Shown here: in pieces, positions 16,442 to 26,841 of the stretch
How positions within the stretch are numbered: position 1 is the first letter of the stretch
How the letters are laid out: every line of letters starts with the position of its first letter
Assembly (NCBI GenBank): GCA_964648855.1
Contig: CAZYLT010000011.1
Location: 30,001 to 62,000, forward strand
Reading direction: 5' to 3'
Length of the DNA stretch: 32,000 bases
Source of the DNA: an uncultured archaeon
GTDB taxonomy: Archaea; Asgardarchaeota; Thorarchaeia; Thorarchaeales; Thorarchaeaceae
Position numbers and translations under genes: made by a program
The notes under the pieces: generated by a model
Told to the model about the DNA's origin: nothing
Database searches by the model: none
Seen by the model: the letters and a program-made list of their open reading frames with translations, nothing else

Positions 16442-19400
16442 TTGAGTGCCAGCAAGACAGAGACCAAACGAAAAATGGGACTAGTCACAATAGCTAGCTC
16501 CTTATTCATTATTGCCACTATCGTTTGGGGGACTTATACCCTCATCATGATCCAGAGTGGAAACGTTAGAGCATATCAGCCACATCAACCATTCGATGAG
16601 ATTCCTCCTTGGGAATATGACCTTGATTGGGCTGGTGGACGAACCAACTGGTTTGAGAATGTGAACTACACTGATATTCCACTAGACCAAGAATTACCAG
16701 AGAATCTTCTTGAACAGATGGAAAATGTTGTATTTATCGCAGAACCGGACCAACCTGCTCAATTATGGCGGAATAGTGCTTACGATCAATACGACGGCTC
16801 AGGGTGGTCAAAAACTCAGGCTTCGCAATACACATTTTCTGGCATCTCACAAGAAGACGCGACAAATCAAGGTAATACTATCTATACAATTTACCTCAAT
16901 GTTTCTGTTGGACCTAATGTCGGTGAGATTGAATTGCCGACGATTTTTCCAGAGGCTCAGGTAATCCAAGGCTCATTTCAGAGTGAACCTGCAGGACGCA
17001 TTGAGAGTTATGAACTCTCTACCGATGATTATGGCACTGTACGATTTAGCCCCATGCTTTTGGGAGATACAAATGAAACTATTGTCGTAAGCTACGACGT
17101 GACATATACAGAACAAAATCAACAGAATATCTCGGATAATGCAGTAGAAGGCAGTGCTGCCCCAGCTAGTATCTCCAGTCTCTATACTGACCTCTCCCTA
17201 GTGGATGAATTGACTCCTCGCGTTCAAAATGAAATAGACCCATTCCGTGATGTGGGGGACAATGCGTATCAGAAGGCACGTGCAGTTGAAGTATACTTTC
17301 GTGATACTTATGACCTCATAATTGATGAGGAGCGCATAAATGAGAGACCTCCAAGTGACCGTGAAGTAACAGATTGGTTTATAGAACGAGGCGGGGGGCT
17401 GCCTATGGACTTCGCTACCGCCTATTGTGTCTTCATGCGCGACTTAGGAATCCCTGCAAGAATGACAATAGGTTATGCGCTTGGGGATGCTCAAGATGGC
17501 TATCGAATCGTCCGAGTACGTCATATGCTGTTTTATGCAGAGGTCTTCATTCCTCTTCAGGGTGGCGGCGGTGAGTGGATACAGGTCATACCTCTAAGTC
17601 TTCCCGATAATATGGGCGGTGGTGAACTCCCTGCAAATGCAGGAGAGGGAAATGTTTCACTGTACGTGTTTCCACCTCAATGGTCTCTCATTGGGGAGCC
17701 ATTCAACTTGAGTTCGCTCCTCCTAGTTAATGACATCCCTGTGGCTAGGAATGAAACAATTGTGTTTCATGATGAAACAGACAACGTTCCAATGGGCACA
17801 GCAGAGATTGAACAGGGAACTTACTTACCCTTGGCGAATATCACCTATACATTCCCCGATAATGCAACAGTTAGCGCCCATAATATATCCGCAACTTGGA
17901 ATTCTGATGCCTATTCGGTGAGCAATTTCACCATAGTATATGCTGTCGGTGAAGCTAATCCATTGTCGCCACAATCCGTTAGAACGAGCTCGAGTTTTAT
18001 GCCAAGCGAAACAACCGATGTGAATATCAAGCTGGGACTTGATAATTACACAGCTCATTGGGAGGATATCCTTCACGTCTATGGCACCCTTACTGTCAAT
18101 GGTCAACCTGTGGACGGCACAACACTGGATAACGATCAGATGCAGATAATGTGGGACGAATTGTTCTATGGAAATGCCACAATTCAATCGGACGGTTACT
18201 ATGAGATCGATATCTATGTTGACCCTGCTGATCTCCTTCGCATGACAACGGGTGACCACTTGCTATGGGCTCAGTATGCTGGTGAATACGACAGCGAAAC
18301 AGGATTTCCCGTCATATTGCCGGGTCGATCCCAAGATAACTCCACGGTGGAAGTTCGTGGCCATCCAAGCTTTGGCCTCTCAGTGTCTCCGACTGATACC
18401 TATGCTGGTTCAACCCTCACATATGAGGGGGTGCTAGAACTACTGAATGGTACGCCGCTCGTAGGTGAAACAGTTGGTATTATTCTAAATGGTACATTGG
18501 TTGATACGACCACGACTAATAGCTCAGGAGGATACATGTATGACTACAGTATTCCATGGGATTATCCTGCAGGCACTGTTTACGCACAAGTCAATTGGAC
18601 TTCAGGACTCACATTGATAGATGGAAATACAAGCGCCTCGATATCCGTGATTATCAGAGCCGGCCTAACCGACCTCACCATCGATTCATCACCGCGTTCG
18701 CCCGACCCAGTACATATCTTTGAGAACATAACCATCTATGGATATCTTACTGATGCCTCAAACGGAACTCCTTTGGCTGAACGAACAATAGACATTTGGT
18801 GGGAGGAAGATGGTTCGCCAGTACAAATCGGAAGCAATACTACAACAGCGACCGGTTATTATGAACTTGTATACACAGTTCCAAGCGGTTATGAAGGTGA
18901 AGTGACCTACTGGAGTGAATTCTCATCAACGGAACCATATTATCAGAGCAGTCGCTCAGTGAACCTTTCAATTATCGTGAAGAAGTATGACGTCACCATC
19001 ACTATCTCAGCTACTCCTGACCCGGTTAGCATTTCAGAGATTGTTTGCATCGAAGGTTTGGTAACTCTGCCGGAAATCCCTGCCTTGCTTCGAGATGCTC
19101 ATCTAACAATCTGGTGGCACAACTCAACTGGTACCTATAACATTACTGGGATATACACAAATTCAACTGGTGGCTACCTGTTTGATTACCAGGTCCCCAT
19201 AGACCATGAATTGGCAGCTGTGGAGGTCTGGACACAATTTATCTCTCCGTCTCCAGCACTGGCAAGTAACGAGTCCCAACATATCTCATTGTCAGTTTCA
19301 AACTACGCCTCAATTATCTCAGTCGATTCAAACTCAACCATTGTGCATTTGAATGAGTCCATTCTCATCTATGGCAATCTGCATTTGAACAACGGAACTC

Positions 19401-22400
19401 CGCTAGCGGGTTATACGGTGCAGATACAGTGGGACAACGGGTCCGTATACTACTTCAATGTCACAACAAATGGTGCAGGAGATTACTCATTCGTTTACAA
19501 CTTCTCACTGAGTCAAGACTCAGAAGGCATAGTAGAAGTTCAGGCAATTCACACCTCTATCAATCCCATATACAACAGCTCATCGGCATGGTTAAGTCCA
19601 TCTCTTATGGTGCAGCTCTATCAGCTGGACTTAACCGGCACTGTGAATGCAACCCAAGTTCATCAAGACGAAGTCCTCCTATTCTCTGGGACCCTTTCGT
19701 TTGTTGACAACGGTGCGCCAATATCCGGAGAAACAATAAGCGTCTTCTATGATCACGGTAATGGAACAGTTTCTGAATTCCTCAAGATAACAGATTCATC
19801 TGGCGGATATTCCTTCCTCTACAATTACTCATTCGCCGATGCATTGGGAGCTATCTACATCTGGGCAGAGTATACGAGCACTAACCCTCTTTGGGATAAC
19901 TCAACGTCTCCTACAAGGACTGTCCAAATAATTCTATACTCTCTCGACCTAACAACGACAACCAATAGCTCCACCTACTACCTTGATCAGGCTGTCTTCA
20001 TCTCTGGACAGCTTTCGTTCACAAACAACGGAACAGGGATTTCGAACGAACAGGTTCGTGTATTTTGGGATAATGGTACTGACGTGATTGACCTTGGTTT
20101 CCATACAACGAATTCAACCGGCTATTACAATCTGACGATTGATTTGTCGCCCCAAGATCACTCTCCGGGAGATTTCACGATATGGGCAAACTATTCCAGT
20201 TCAAATGCGCTTTGGGATAACGCCTCCTCATCCCCAGGCACTACCATCACACTACAGCTCTATCAAGTTGTTCTTGATGTCAGTATAAGTCCAAATCCGG
20301 TATACCTCAACGAAACTGTGACTATAACGGCACATCTCTACTTTATGTTAAACGGGTCAGACATTTTCGGTGCTGAGATTACTCTGTGGTGGTATAATGG
20401 AACCGATTTCAATCTGGTGACACTCACAACAGATCCTACGGGAGAGGTTTCTTTCGCATACGATAGGATGGACAGGGATACCACCCTCTCAGTGGAGATT
20501 TTTGCAAACTATTCGGGTTCAAGTCTTATCGAGAGCAAGGAGTCCACTCATCAGTTGCTCACCTTGTTGAGATGGTCTACAGTATTCTCTTCCATCAGTA
20601 CGGGCGGGACAACCTCTTATCACCCAACGGAAACCATCGTGATATCGGGAATCTTGTATTATGATGAACCAGATCCGGATGTGCCCTATGGAGGAGTCAT
20701 AGTGGAAATCCTGATTGATGGATCTGTGGTCAATTCTACAACGACTGCCTCAGATGGATCCTTCACTAGCTACTATACAATACCTGCATCAATTTCTCCT
20801 GGTACATACGATTTGACAACTAGATTCACTTCGTCGAACAACTGGGTGTCTGGTACGACATCAGCCCCTGTATCCATAGATATTGATGCCTATCAACTCG
20901 TTTGGACTTTAACACTGAACAGCGCAGTATCATATCCCATCACACTGTATCGGAGTGAATGGCTAAACATATCAGGAACACTAGAATTGGACGACGGAAC
21001 TCCGTATGGGGGACAGACTGTAGACATCTACTGGATATTAGTTGGCTCAGACGAACTCGCAGAATTCATTATTTCAGTCGTCACTCAACCAGATGGCTCA
21101 TTCCAATACCAGTTTAGAATTAGTGATACTGAAACGCTTGGTCTCAAGGACATCTGGGCAAATTGTACTCCCACAGACCCCTATGTTGCATCAGGAGAAT
21201 CCTCCTCTCGAAGTGCATTTATTGAACCGATTCCAGTTTCACTCACTGTATCCGCCGACGTATCTTTAGCATACTTGGGCGATACTATCACAATAAACGG
21301 TACACTCACTTTTGGAAATGGTACACCTATAGTCAATGAAGACGTAGAGATTTTCTGGAATGGTGGACTGATTGCCACTATAACAGTGGAAGATGGCATA
21401 AACGGCTCCTATATTCACTATCTGGATTTACCATACTTTGAAGATGTTGGCCTGATTGCCCTCTATGCGAGGTTCGTTCAGCCATCAGAAGCCTATTCTG
21501 AAGCCGAAACACCTGAAGAAATTATCGAGGTACGCGATCTCATCACAATCAGTTTCGATGCTCAAGAAATCTTTGTGGTAAATCGAGGTGACTCACTTGA
21601 AATGAGTGGCGGTGTCGCCAACGACGGCCGTGGAGTTGGAGACCTAGAGGTCGAACTGTTAGTCAACGGCACATCCACAGGGCTAACTACCACGACCGAT
21701 TCAAGTGGCAACTTCCTCTTCACCATTGTCGTAGAATCGGACCAAGAGGCTGGTTCGTACAATCTCAGTGTCATTGCAGTATCTAGCTACCGTGAGGTAT
21801 CGGCGGCATCAGACTACTGGATTGTAGATGTACACCTCCGTTCAATAGTTTCAATTGTGATTGACAGGGGTGGCGTTGTTCTTGTCGGTGAGAATCTTAC
21901 AGTTAGCGTCAATGTAGTGGATGAGGATGGAAATTCAGTAGGTGGAGAATATGTTGAAATCTACCTAAACAACACGCTCATGGAAACAATTACACTGTCT
22001 GGAACTGGGCTCTTCACCACCAACATCGATATCACTAGTAGCTGGGATGGCGGGAGTGGTCATTTTGTTGCTAGGGCTGTTTTCGCCGGTGTAGGGCTTA
22101 TTGACGCATCAAATGACACAAGTGATTCAACGGTACACATTGTTATGAATGTTGAAATCATTGATCTATCCCCCTCATCCGTCCTTCCTAACTCACCATT
22201 CTCGATATCGGGCCGATTAGTGGATGAGGAAGAGAATCCAATTGTTGGGCGAAGTCTTCGAATCTATCTAAACAGTTCGTCAGAATATCAAACCCCTTCA
22301 ACAGATGAAGATGGTGCTTTTACGTATTCTATTAGAACTGGGTATCCAGACCAATCTCGTTTGAACTACATTATTGCTCTTCATAGGAACGATGGGACTG

Positions 22401-22615
22401 AGTTCGACAGAGCATCGGGAACAGTTCTGATCCAGGCATCTTCTCCGCCCACCATAGATACTGTTATGATGATGTTTTGGACTATTTCTATTGTTGCCGA
22501 GATTGTTATCGGGTCTTTGCTACTGACCCGCTATCGTTCTTCAGGTGGCCCATTCAATCAAGGAATAACGATGGAGAAGAAAGAATCTATAGAATATAAG
22601 AAAGAAACAAGGTGA
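16442..22615 (+). CDS. Giant membrane-anchored surface protein: transglutaminase-like (TgpA-like) domain plus ~15 Ig-like repeats
   Basis: N-terminal basic plus hydrophobic segment; WRNSAYDQYDGSGW and FATAY..FMR.LGIPAR...GY transglutaminase-family motifs; ~105-aa beta-rich repeats; C-terminal TM helix and short charged tail. Confidence 0.88.
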   Translation: MSASKTETKRKMGLVTIASSLFIIATIVWGTYTLIMIQSGNVRAYQPHQPFDEIPPWEYDLDWAGGRTNWFENVNYTDIPLDQELPENLLEQMENVVFIAEPDQPAQLWRNSAYDQYDGSGWSKTQASQYTFSGISQEDATNQGNTIYTIYLNVSVGPNVGEIELPTIFPEAQVIQGSFQSEPAGRIESYELSTDDYGTVRFSPMLLGDTNETIVVSYDVTYTEQNQQNISDNAVEGSAAPASISSLYTDLSLVDELTPRVQNEIDPFRDVGDNAYQKARAVEVYFRDTYDLIIDEERINERPPSDREVTDWFIERGGGLPMDFATAYCVFMRDLGIPARMTIGYALGDAQDGYRIVRVRHMLFYAEVFIPLQGGGGEWIQVIPLSLPDNMGGGELPANAGEGNVSLYVFPPQWSLIGEPFNLSSLLLVNDIPVARNETIVFHDETDNVPMGTAEIEQGTYLPLANITYTFPDNATVSAHNISATWNSDAYSVSNFTIVYAVGEANPLSPQSVRTSSSFMPSETTDVNIKLGLDNYTAHWEDILHVYGTLTVNGQPVDGTTLDNDQMQIMWDELFYGNATIQSDGYYEIDIYVDPADLLRMTTGDHLLWAQYAGEYDSETGFPVILPGRSQDNSTVEVRGHPSFGLSVSPTDTYAGSTLTYEGVLELLNGTPLVGETVGIILNGTLVDTTTTNSSGGYMYDYSIPWDYPAGTVYAQVNWTSGLTLIDGNTSASISVIIRAGLTDLTIDSSPRSPDPVHIFENITIYGYLTDASNGTPLAERTIDIWWEEDGSPVQIGSNTTTATGYYELVYTVPSGYEGEVTYWSEFSSTEPYYQSSRSVNLSIIVKKYDVTITISATPDPVSISEIVCIEGLVTLPEIPALLRDAHLTIWWHNSTGTYNITGIYTNSTGGYLFDYQVPIDHELAAVEVWTQFISPSPALASNESQHISLSVSNYASIISVDSNSTIVHLNESILIYGNLHLNNGTPLAGYTVQIQWDNGSVYYFNVTTNGAGDYSFVYNFSLSQDSEGIVEVQAIHTSINPIYNSSSAWLSPSLMVQLYQLDLTGTVNATQVHQDEVLLFSGTLSFVDNGAPISGETISVFYDHGNGTVSEFLKITDSSGGYSFLYNYSFADALGAIYIWAEYTSTNPLWDNSTSPTRTVQIILYSLDLTTTTNSSTYYLDQAVFISGQLSFTNNGTGISNEQVRVFWDNGTDVIDLGFHTTNSTGYYNLTIDLSPQDHSPGDFTIWANYSSSNALWDNASSSPGTTITLQLYQVVLDVSISPNPVYLNETVTITAHLYFMLNGSDIFGAEITLWWYNGTDFNLVTLTTDPTGEVSFAYDRMDRDTTLSVEIFANYSGSSLIESKESTHQLLTLLRWSTVFSSISTGGTTSYHPTETIVISGILYYDEPDPDVPYGGVIVEILIDGSVVNSTTTASDGSFTSYYTIPASISPGTYDLTTRFTSSNNWVSGTTSAPVSIDIDAYQLVWTLTLNSAVSYPITLYRSEWLNISGTLELDDGTPYGGQTVDIYWILVGSDELAEFIISVVTQPDGSFQYQFRISDTETLGLKDIWANCTPTDPYVASGESSSRSAFIEPIPVSLTVSADVSLAYLGDTITINGTLTFGNGTPIVNEDVEIFWNGGLIATITVEDGINGSYIHYLDLPYFEDVGLIALYARFVQPSEAYSEAETPEEIIEVRDLITISFDAQEIFVVNRGDSLEMSGGVANDGRGVGDLEVELLVNGTSTGLTTTTDSSGNFLFTIVVESDQEAGSYNLSVIAVSSYREVSAASDYWIVDVHLRSIVSIVIDRGGVVLVGENLTVSVNVVDEDGNSVGGEYVEIYLNNTLMETITLSGTGLFTTNIDITSSWDGGSGHFVARAVFAGVGLIDASNDTSDSTVHIVMNVEIIDLSPSSVLPNSPFSISGRLVDEEENPIVGRSLRIYLNSSSEYQTPSTDEDGAFTYSIRTGYPDQSRLNYIIALHRNDGTEFDRASGTVLIQASSPPTIDTVMMMFWTISIVAEIVIGSLLLTRYRSSGGPFNQGITMEKKESIEYKKETR
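17654..22440 (+). repeat. Tandem array of ~15 diverged Ig-like domains (protein-level repeat)
   Basis: Recurring pattern i.i.G.L....G.P..g..v.i.w...tT...G.y.f.y......G...iwA.y about every 105 aa. Confidence 0.8.
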
Positions 22616-22622
22616 AAAAAAC

Positions 22623-23075
22623 ATGCAGCTTGAAACAATAATGCCAATTGCCGCCGTTACTGGCGCCATCATAGTCGTGCTGCTATATCTCTACTACGTA
22701 AAGGGATACTTCAGAAATAGTGAATCCATCACAAGTGTAGACATGCCCCAAAAACTGCGAAAAATAAAGAAGATGGCTGATTCTGGCAAGTACGACGAGG
22801 CTATTATTCTAGCATATCGAACGTTTGAAGAGATGGTTGGAAATAAGACACGTTCGAGTCGTGCGAGCTCGGAAACAGCTCGTGAATTCACTGACCGCAC
22901 ATTGAAGATTCTTCCACTTGACGCTGAGAAAGTTGATACCTTTATCGGCATCTATCAGAGAGCCCGGTTCTCAAATCACAAAGTATCCCGCGATAGCTAT
23001 GAATCTGCAATCAAGATATTCACAGACATCTATCCTCGCATAGAAGGGGCAACACCATCGGTTGCAGCAGCTTAG
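22623..23075 (+). CDS. DUF4129-domain single-pass membrane protein
   Basis: N-terminal TM, then GKYDEAIILAY, SETAREF and YQRARFSNH. AGGTGA SD upstream. Confidence 0.85.
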   Translation: MQLETIMPIAAVTGAIIVVLLYLYYVKGYFRNSESITSVDMPQKLRKIKKMADSGKYDEAIILAYRTFEEMVGNKTRSSRASSETAREFTDRTLKILPLDAEKVDTFIGIYQRARFSNHKVSRDSYESAIKIFTDIYPRIEGATPSVAAA

Positions 23076-23111
23076 ATATTACGGAGTCGGAAAATAAAGG
23101 AGTCAACGAAA

Positions 23112-24497
23112 ATGGGTTGGAAAGAAGCAATGCAAATCACGCTCTTCATTCTAGCCTGGATTCCGATTGGTTTTCTAGCTGTCACAACATTCTCTGGTGG
23201 CACAGAAGCCTACCCTCAAGATTTCTCGGTATTCAACTCGGATTGGAATGGGTTGAGTGACTATCGGATTCAGATTGAAGAACAAGGTTATGACGTTAGT
23301 GTGATTCAGTCTACAATGAGCACAGTCACTCGCTATGATGGAAATGCAGTTCTTTTCATAATTGGTCCTGTGAGGGACTTTACAATCGATGCAACATTGA
23401 CGATCTTCCAGCATATACTAGGTGGTGGTACGGTTGTTATTGCAGATGATTTTGGTACAGCCAACACATCATTTTCATTGTTGAATGAATACCTTCTCGA
23501 TGTAATCGGAGCTCAGTATCTAGAGGCACTAGGCGTTGATGGGTTTGTTTCCTTTGCCGATGGTGTTCTTCTAGATTTGGACTCCTATCACATGACGCCT
23601 AAAGTTCCTGTCATTCGCAATTTCGTCTTGCATCCCCTTACTCAGGGAGTCGATTCTCTTTATCTCAATAATGCCACAGTGCTCTCTCCAACCAGTGCAC
23701 TTGGATTCGCTGGAATCGCCCGTACAACTTCTCGGGCTTGGTGTGAAACAAATATCTCCGACCCGCGTCCTTCACCAAATGAAGGTGAGCTGTCCGGTGT
23801 ATTGCCCGTTGTTGGAGCAATTGATATTGGTTCTTTTCGCGACGGTGCCGGAAAGCTGGTGGCAATATCCGACCCAAGCCTTTTCATAAATGATATGTAC
23901 ACCAGGTTTGAGGGCAACAGAAGGTTTGCTATGAACGTTATAGATTGGGCAACAGAGGGTTCTAGCAACGACACAATCATATTTTCAGAACAGCTTCTTG
24001 CAACCCCCATTTACTCTTCTGAGTTCTTTTTTGGGGCATTTCTCGGGAGGATATTTTGGGCATCCACCAACCTGTTCCTAGCACCGGTATATCCCTTGAT
24101 GACTGCAATTGGCATTAAGAAGTACTTACCAGACATGAAGAAGCCCGAAGTTAAAAGCGTGTCAGAGGTATTCATGAGGAAGGGGCAGACATACTTCAGC
24201 GAGCGCATGTCTTACTATAGAACAGAGGGCAACTATGGGCGAGTAGTGAGGATGCTATATCGTCGATTGCGACGTGGATTACAAAAACAATACCATTGGA
24301 CACAGTTTGACCCCCGTGAGTTATGGGAGATTGTGAGCCATAAAATGCCCAACATGGAGAAGGAAACTTTCTTCGAAACAATTGATAGAATTGAAGAAAT
24401 AAAATCGAAGTCGGACATCAAAATTAGTGAAGACGAAATGATGAGTTTGTTCTTCTGGATGCGTGACATCCAAACCAAACTGATTGAAACAAAATGA
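23112..24497 (+). CDS. DUF4350-domain membrane protein
   Basis: FSVFNSDWNGLS, GGTVVIADDFGTAN, GKLVAISDPSLFINDM and N..F..N motifs; N-terminal TM and a second hydrophobic stretch. Confidence 0.85.
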   Translation: MGWKEAMQITLFILAWIPIGFLAVTTFSGGTEAYPQDFSVFNSDWNGLSDYRIQIEEQGYDVSVIQSTMSTVTRYDGNAVLFIIGPVRDFTIDATLTIFQHILGGGTVVIADDFGTANTSFSLLNEYLLDVIGAQYLEALGVDGFVSFADGVLLDLDSYHMTPKVPVIRNFVLHPLTQGVDSLYLNNATVLSPTSALGFAGIARTTSRAWCETNISDPRPSPNEGELSGVLPVVGAIDIGSFRDGAGKLVAISDPSLFINDMYTRFEGNRRFAMNVIDWATEGSSNDTIIFSEQLLATPIYSSEFFFGAFLGRIFWASTNLFLAPVYPLMTAIGIKKYLPDMKKPEVKSVSEVFMRKGQTYFSERMSYYRTEGNYGRVVRMLYRRLRRGLQKQYHWTQFDPRELWEIVSHKMPNMEKETFFETIDRIEEIKSKSDIKISEDEMMSLFFWMRDIQTKLIETK

Positions 24498-24511
24498 GGT
24501 AGAAGATAATA

Positions 24512-25498
24512 ATGACTGCAGAATCGACAGATACGACCATGGGAAACTCAGAATCTCCCATGTCTATATCACAGGTACATGATATTACAGACGAAATCAT
24601 CCGTGAGTGTGGCCGAATCATAGTTGGAAAAGTTGAAATCCTTAGAGACGTTCTGATTGCGTTTCTATCTGACGGACATGTTGTACTTGAGGGCGTTCCT
24701 GGCTTGGCAAAAACCTACATGGCTAGAACATTTGCATCAATACTAGGATGTGCGTTCAAGAGAATTCAACTAACAGTTGATACATTGCCCGCTGACCTAC
24801 TGGGAACAAATGTTTTCAATCAGCAGACTGGCGAATTTTGGTTCCGAAAAGGGCCAGTCTTTGCGAATCTGGTTCTTGCTGATGAAATAAACAGATGCCC
24901 TCCAAAATCACAGAGCGCTCTATTAGAGGTAATGGAAGAGCGTCAGGTTTCCACTGAGGGTGTCACGCGGAAGCTACCTAGGCCGTTCCTAATCATTGCC
25001 ACACAGAACCCGGTTGAGCAAGAGGGCACCTATCCACTTCCTGAAGCTCAGCTTGATAGATTCATGTTCAGATTAGTTTTGGATTACCCTACTGGAGCTG
25101 AAGAGGCAGAAGTCATTCGTCGTAAACATAGAGGTGAAGTTGATGACCTCCGAGTACTGGTGAATCCACAAAGCATTGTCAAACTGCAAGATGCTTGTAA
25201 AACTGTGTACATGGATGAGGATATCATTGAGTATATTCGAGATATTGTGGTCAGAACCCGCAACGACCCACAGATCTTGCTGGGAGGGTCTCCTAGAGCG
25301 TCCCTCGTTCTTATGAATGCGTCTAAGACGCGGGCTGCCATGCTTGGAAGAGATTATGTGATTCCTGAAGATGTAAGAAAACTCTCGTTACAAACCCTAA
25401 ATCACAGGCTCATTCTCAAGCCGGAGGCTGAGCTTGAAGGACTCACTGTTAAGCGAGTTGTAAGCAAGATTCTCGGAGAAGTCGACATTCCAAGATAG
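24512..25498 (+). CDS. moxR: MoxR-family AAA+ ATPase
   Basis: GVPGLAKT, LADEINR, SALLEVMEE, ATQNPVEQEGTYPLPEAQLDRF and GSPRAS motifs. Confidence 0.96.
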   Translation: MTAESTDTTMGNSESPMSISQVHDITDEIIRECGRIIVGKVEILRDVLIAFLSDGHVVLEGVPGLAKTYMARTFASILGCAFKRIQLTVDTLPADLLGTNVFNQQTGEFWFRKGPVFANLVLADEINRCPPKSQSALLEVMEERQVSTEGVTRKLPRPFLIIATQNPVEQEGTYPLPEAQLDRFMFRLVLDYPTGAEEAEVIRRKHRGEVDDLRVLVNPQSIVKLQDACKTVYMDEDIIEYIRDIVVRTRNDPQILLGGSPRASLVLMNASKTRAAMLGRDYVIPEDVRKLSLQTLNHRLILKPEAELEGLTVKRVVSKILGEVDIPR

Positions 25499-25509
25499 AA
25501 CCCAGAGGA

Positions 25510-26841
25510 TTGCGAATATTGATAACACAGAGAGGTTGGATTGTTCTCTTTTCCGGCGTGTTACTACTCACTAGTGGATTCTCCTTTGATAATTTCTACC
25601 TCACACTGGTAGGAGTATATTTACTCGTTGGATTAGTGGTGACGCTTCCTCTCTTCGCAATGACAGCAAATCTTTCGGGAATAGAAGTTGAGCGCTACAT
25701 CGATAAGACGAAAATTTTCTCAGGTGATTTTCTCAAGGTCAAAGTAGTTGTAAAGAACACCTCAAGAAGACACTTTGACTTTATCGAGGTACATGATCAA
25801 TATCCCGAAACCTGGATATTGGCGATCGGCGAAAATTTCATCGCATCACGAATCGAACCCAATAGCAGCATTACTTTTTCATATATTGTTCAGGTCAGAA
25901 TGCGCGGTTCCTATTATCTAGGACCAACTGAGGTCATAATGAGGGACCGACTGGGCCTCCATTTCTACAAGCGCACAGTTAGAGAAAGAACCCAGATGCT
26001 TGTGTACCCAACTTGGAAGGATGTACGAAGACTCGAAGCTATCGGGAAGCAACGGCAACTGGGACTGATGTTCGGAGCTCATAGAACAAAGGTCGTTGGT
26101 ATGGGTACTGACTTTGCAGGTTTCAGAGATTATGTCCCAGGTGATGCTTTCAGGGTAATTGATTGGAAAAGCAGTGCTCGACGTGGGGATATGATTGTCA
26201 AACAATATGAGATGGAGAAAAACGTCCAAATCATCTGCATGGTTGACTCCTCGGGAAGTATGGGAAATGGCTATCCTGAAAACACCAAACTAGAATATGC
26301 GATACGTGCAGCTGTACTTCTAACTAATCTTGGGCTAGAACGCAAGGACCTTGTGGGCACCTGCGTCTTCAGCAATCTGGTGCATTCATATGTTTCCCCC
26401 TCTTTGCATCCGAATCATATGTACGACGTTTTGGAGGCATTGGCACGTGCGGAGCCCACTGGCTGGAGTAACTATGAGGCTGCCATATCTCATGTGACCA
26501 GTCAGACAAAGAATCGTTCATTCATAATCTGGCTCACAGACCTGGAGGAGTCTCCTGCTCCACTGCTCAATGCCATGAAGAAAGTCGTTGCGAATGGGCA
26601 CCAAGCTATGGTCATCAGTCCCTTTGGTCCGTGGTTTGAGGCACCAATAGGTCAATTCGGCCCTGTTGAACGAGTGTTAGCTGAAGCGGTTTCAGAAGAA
26701 TTATGGGAGCGCCGCCTCAAGATTTCTAGAGCGCTTGCCAGATTTAGCATAGATGTTATCAATGTGGGTCCAGAGGATTTCTTGCCAACAATAATCAAAC
26801 AATACGAGAATGCAAAGCAACGGGGGGTTGGAATGTATTGA
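25510..26841 (+). CDS. DUF58 / VWA-domain membrane protein (MoxR partner)
   Basis: Two N-terminal TMs, RG.Y.LGP, LVYP, RDYVPGD..R.IDWKSSAR and MIDAS DSSGS motifs. Confidence 0.93.
   Translation: MRILITQRGWIVLFSGVLLLTSGFSFDNFYLTLVGVYLLVGLVVTLPLFAMTANLSGIEVERYIDKTKIFSGDFLKVKVVVKNTSRRHFDFIEVHDQYPETWILAIGENFIASRIEPNSSITFSYIVQVRMRGSYYLGPTEVIMRDRLGLHFYKRTVRERTQMLVYPTWKDVRRLEAIGKQRQLGLMFGAHRTKVVGMGTDFAGFRDYVPGDAFRVIDWKSSARRGDMIVKQYEMEKNVQIICMVDSSGSMGNGYPENTKLEYAIRAAVLLTNLGLERKDLVGTCVFSNLVHSYVSPSLHPNHMYDVLEALARAEPTGWSNYEAAISHVTSQTKNRSFIIWLTDLEESPAPLLNAMKKVVANGHQAMVISPFGPWFEAPIGQFGPVERVLAEAVSEELWERRLKISRALARFSIDVINVGPEDFLPTIIKQYENAKQRGVGMY

Noticed and set aside
16285-16518. N-terminal extension of the HD protein in the ORF track
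   Set aside because: It overlaps the divergent promoter region and the giant gene start; the HD fold begins downstream.
17654-22440. CRISPR-like or diversity-generating-retroelement repeats in the giant gene
   Set aside because: Repeats are diverged protein domains. No near-identical DNA repeats, template/variable pair, reverse transcriptase or cas gene were seen.
22590-22625. Programmed frameshift or read-through fusing the giant protein to DUF4129 at the A-run
   Set aside because: The A-run lies after the stop codon, and the downstream gene has its own AGGTGA SD, ATG and TM helix.
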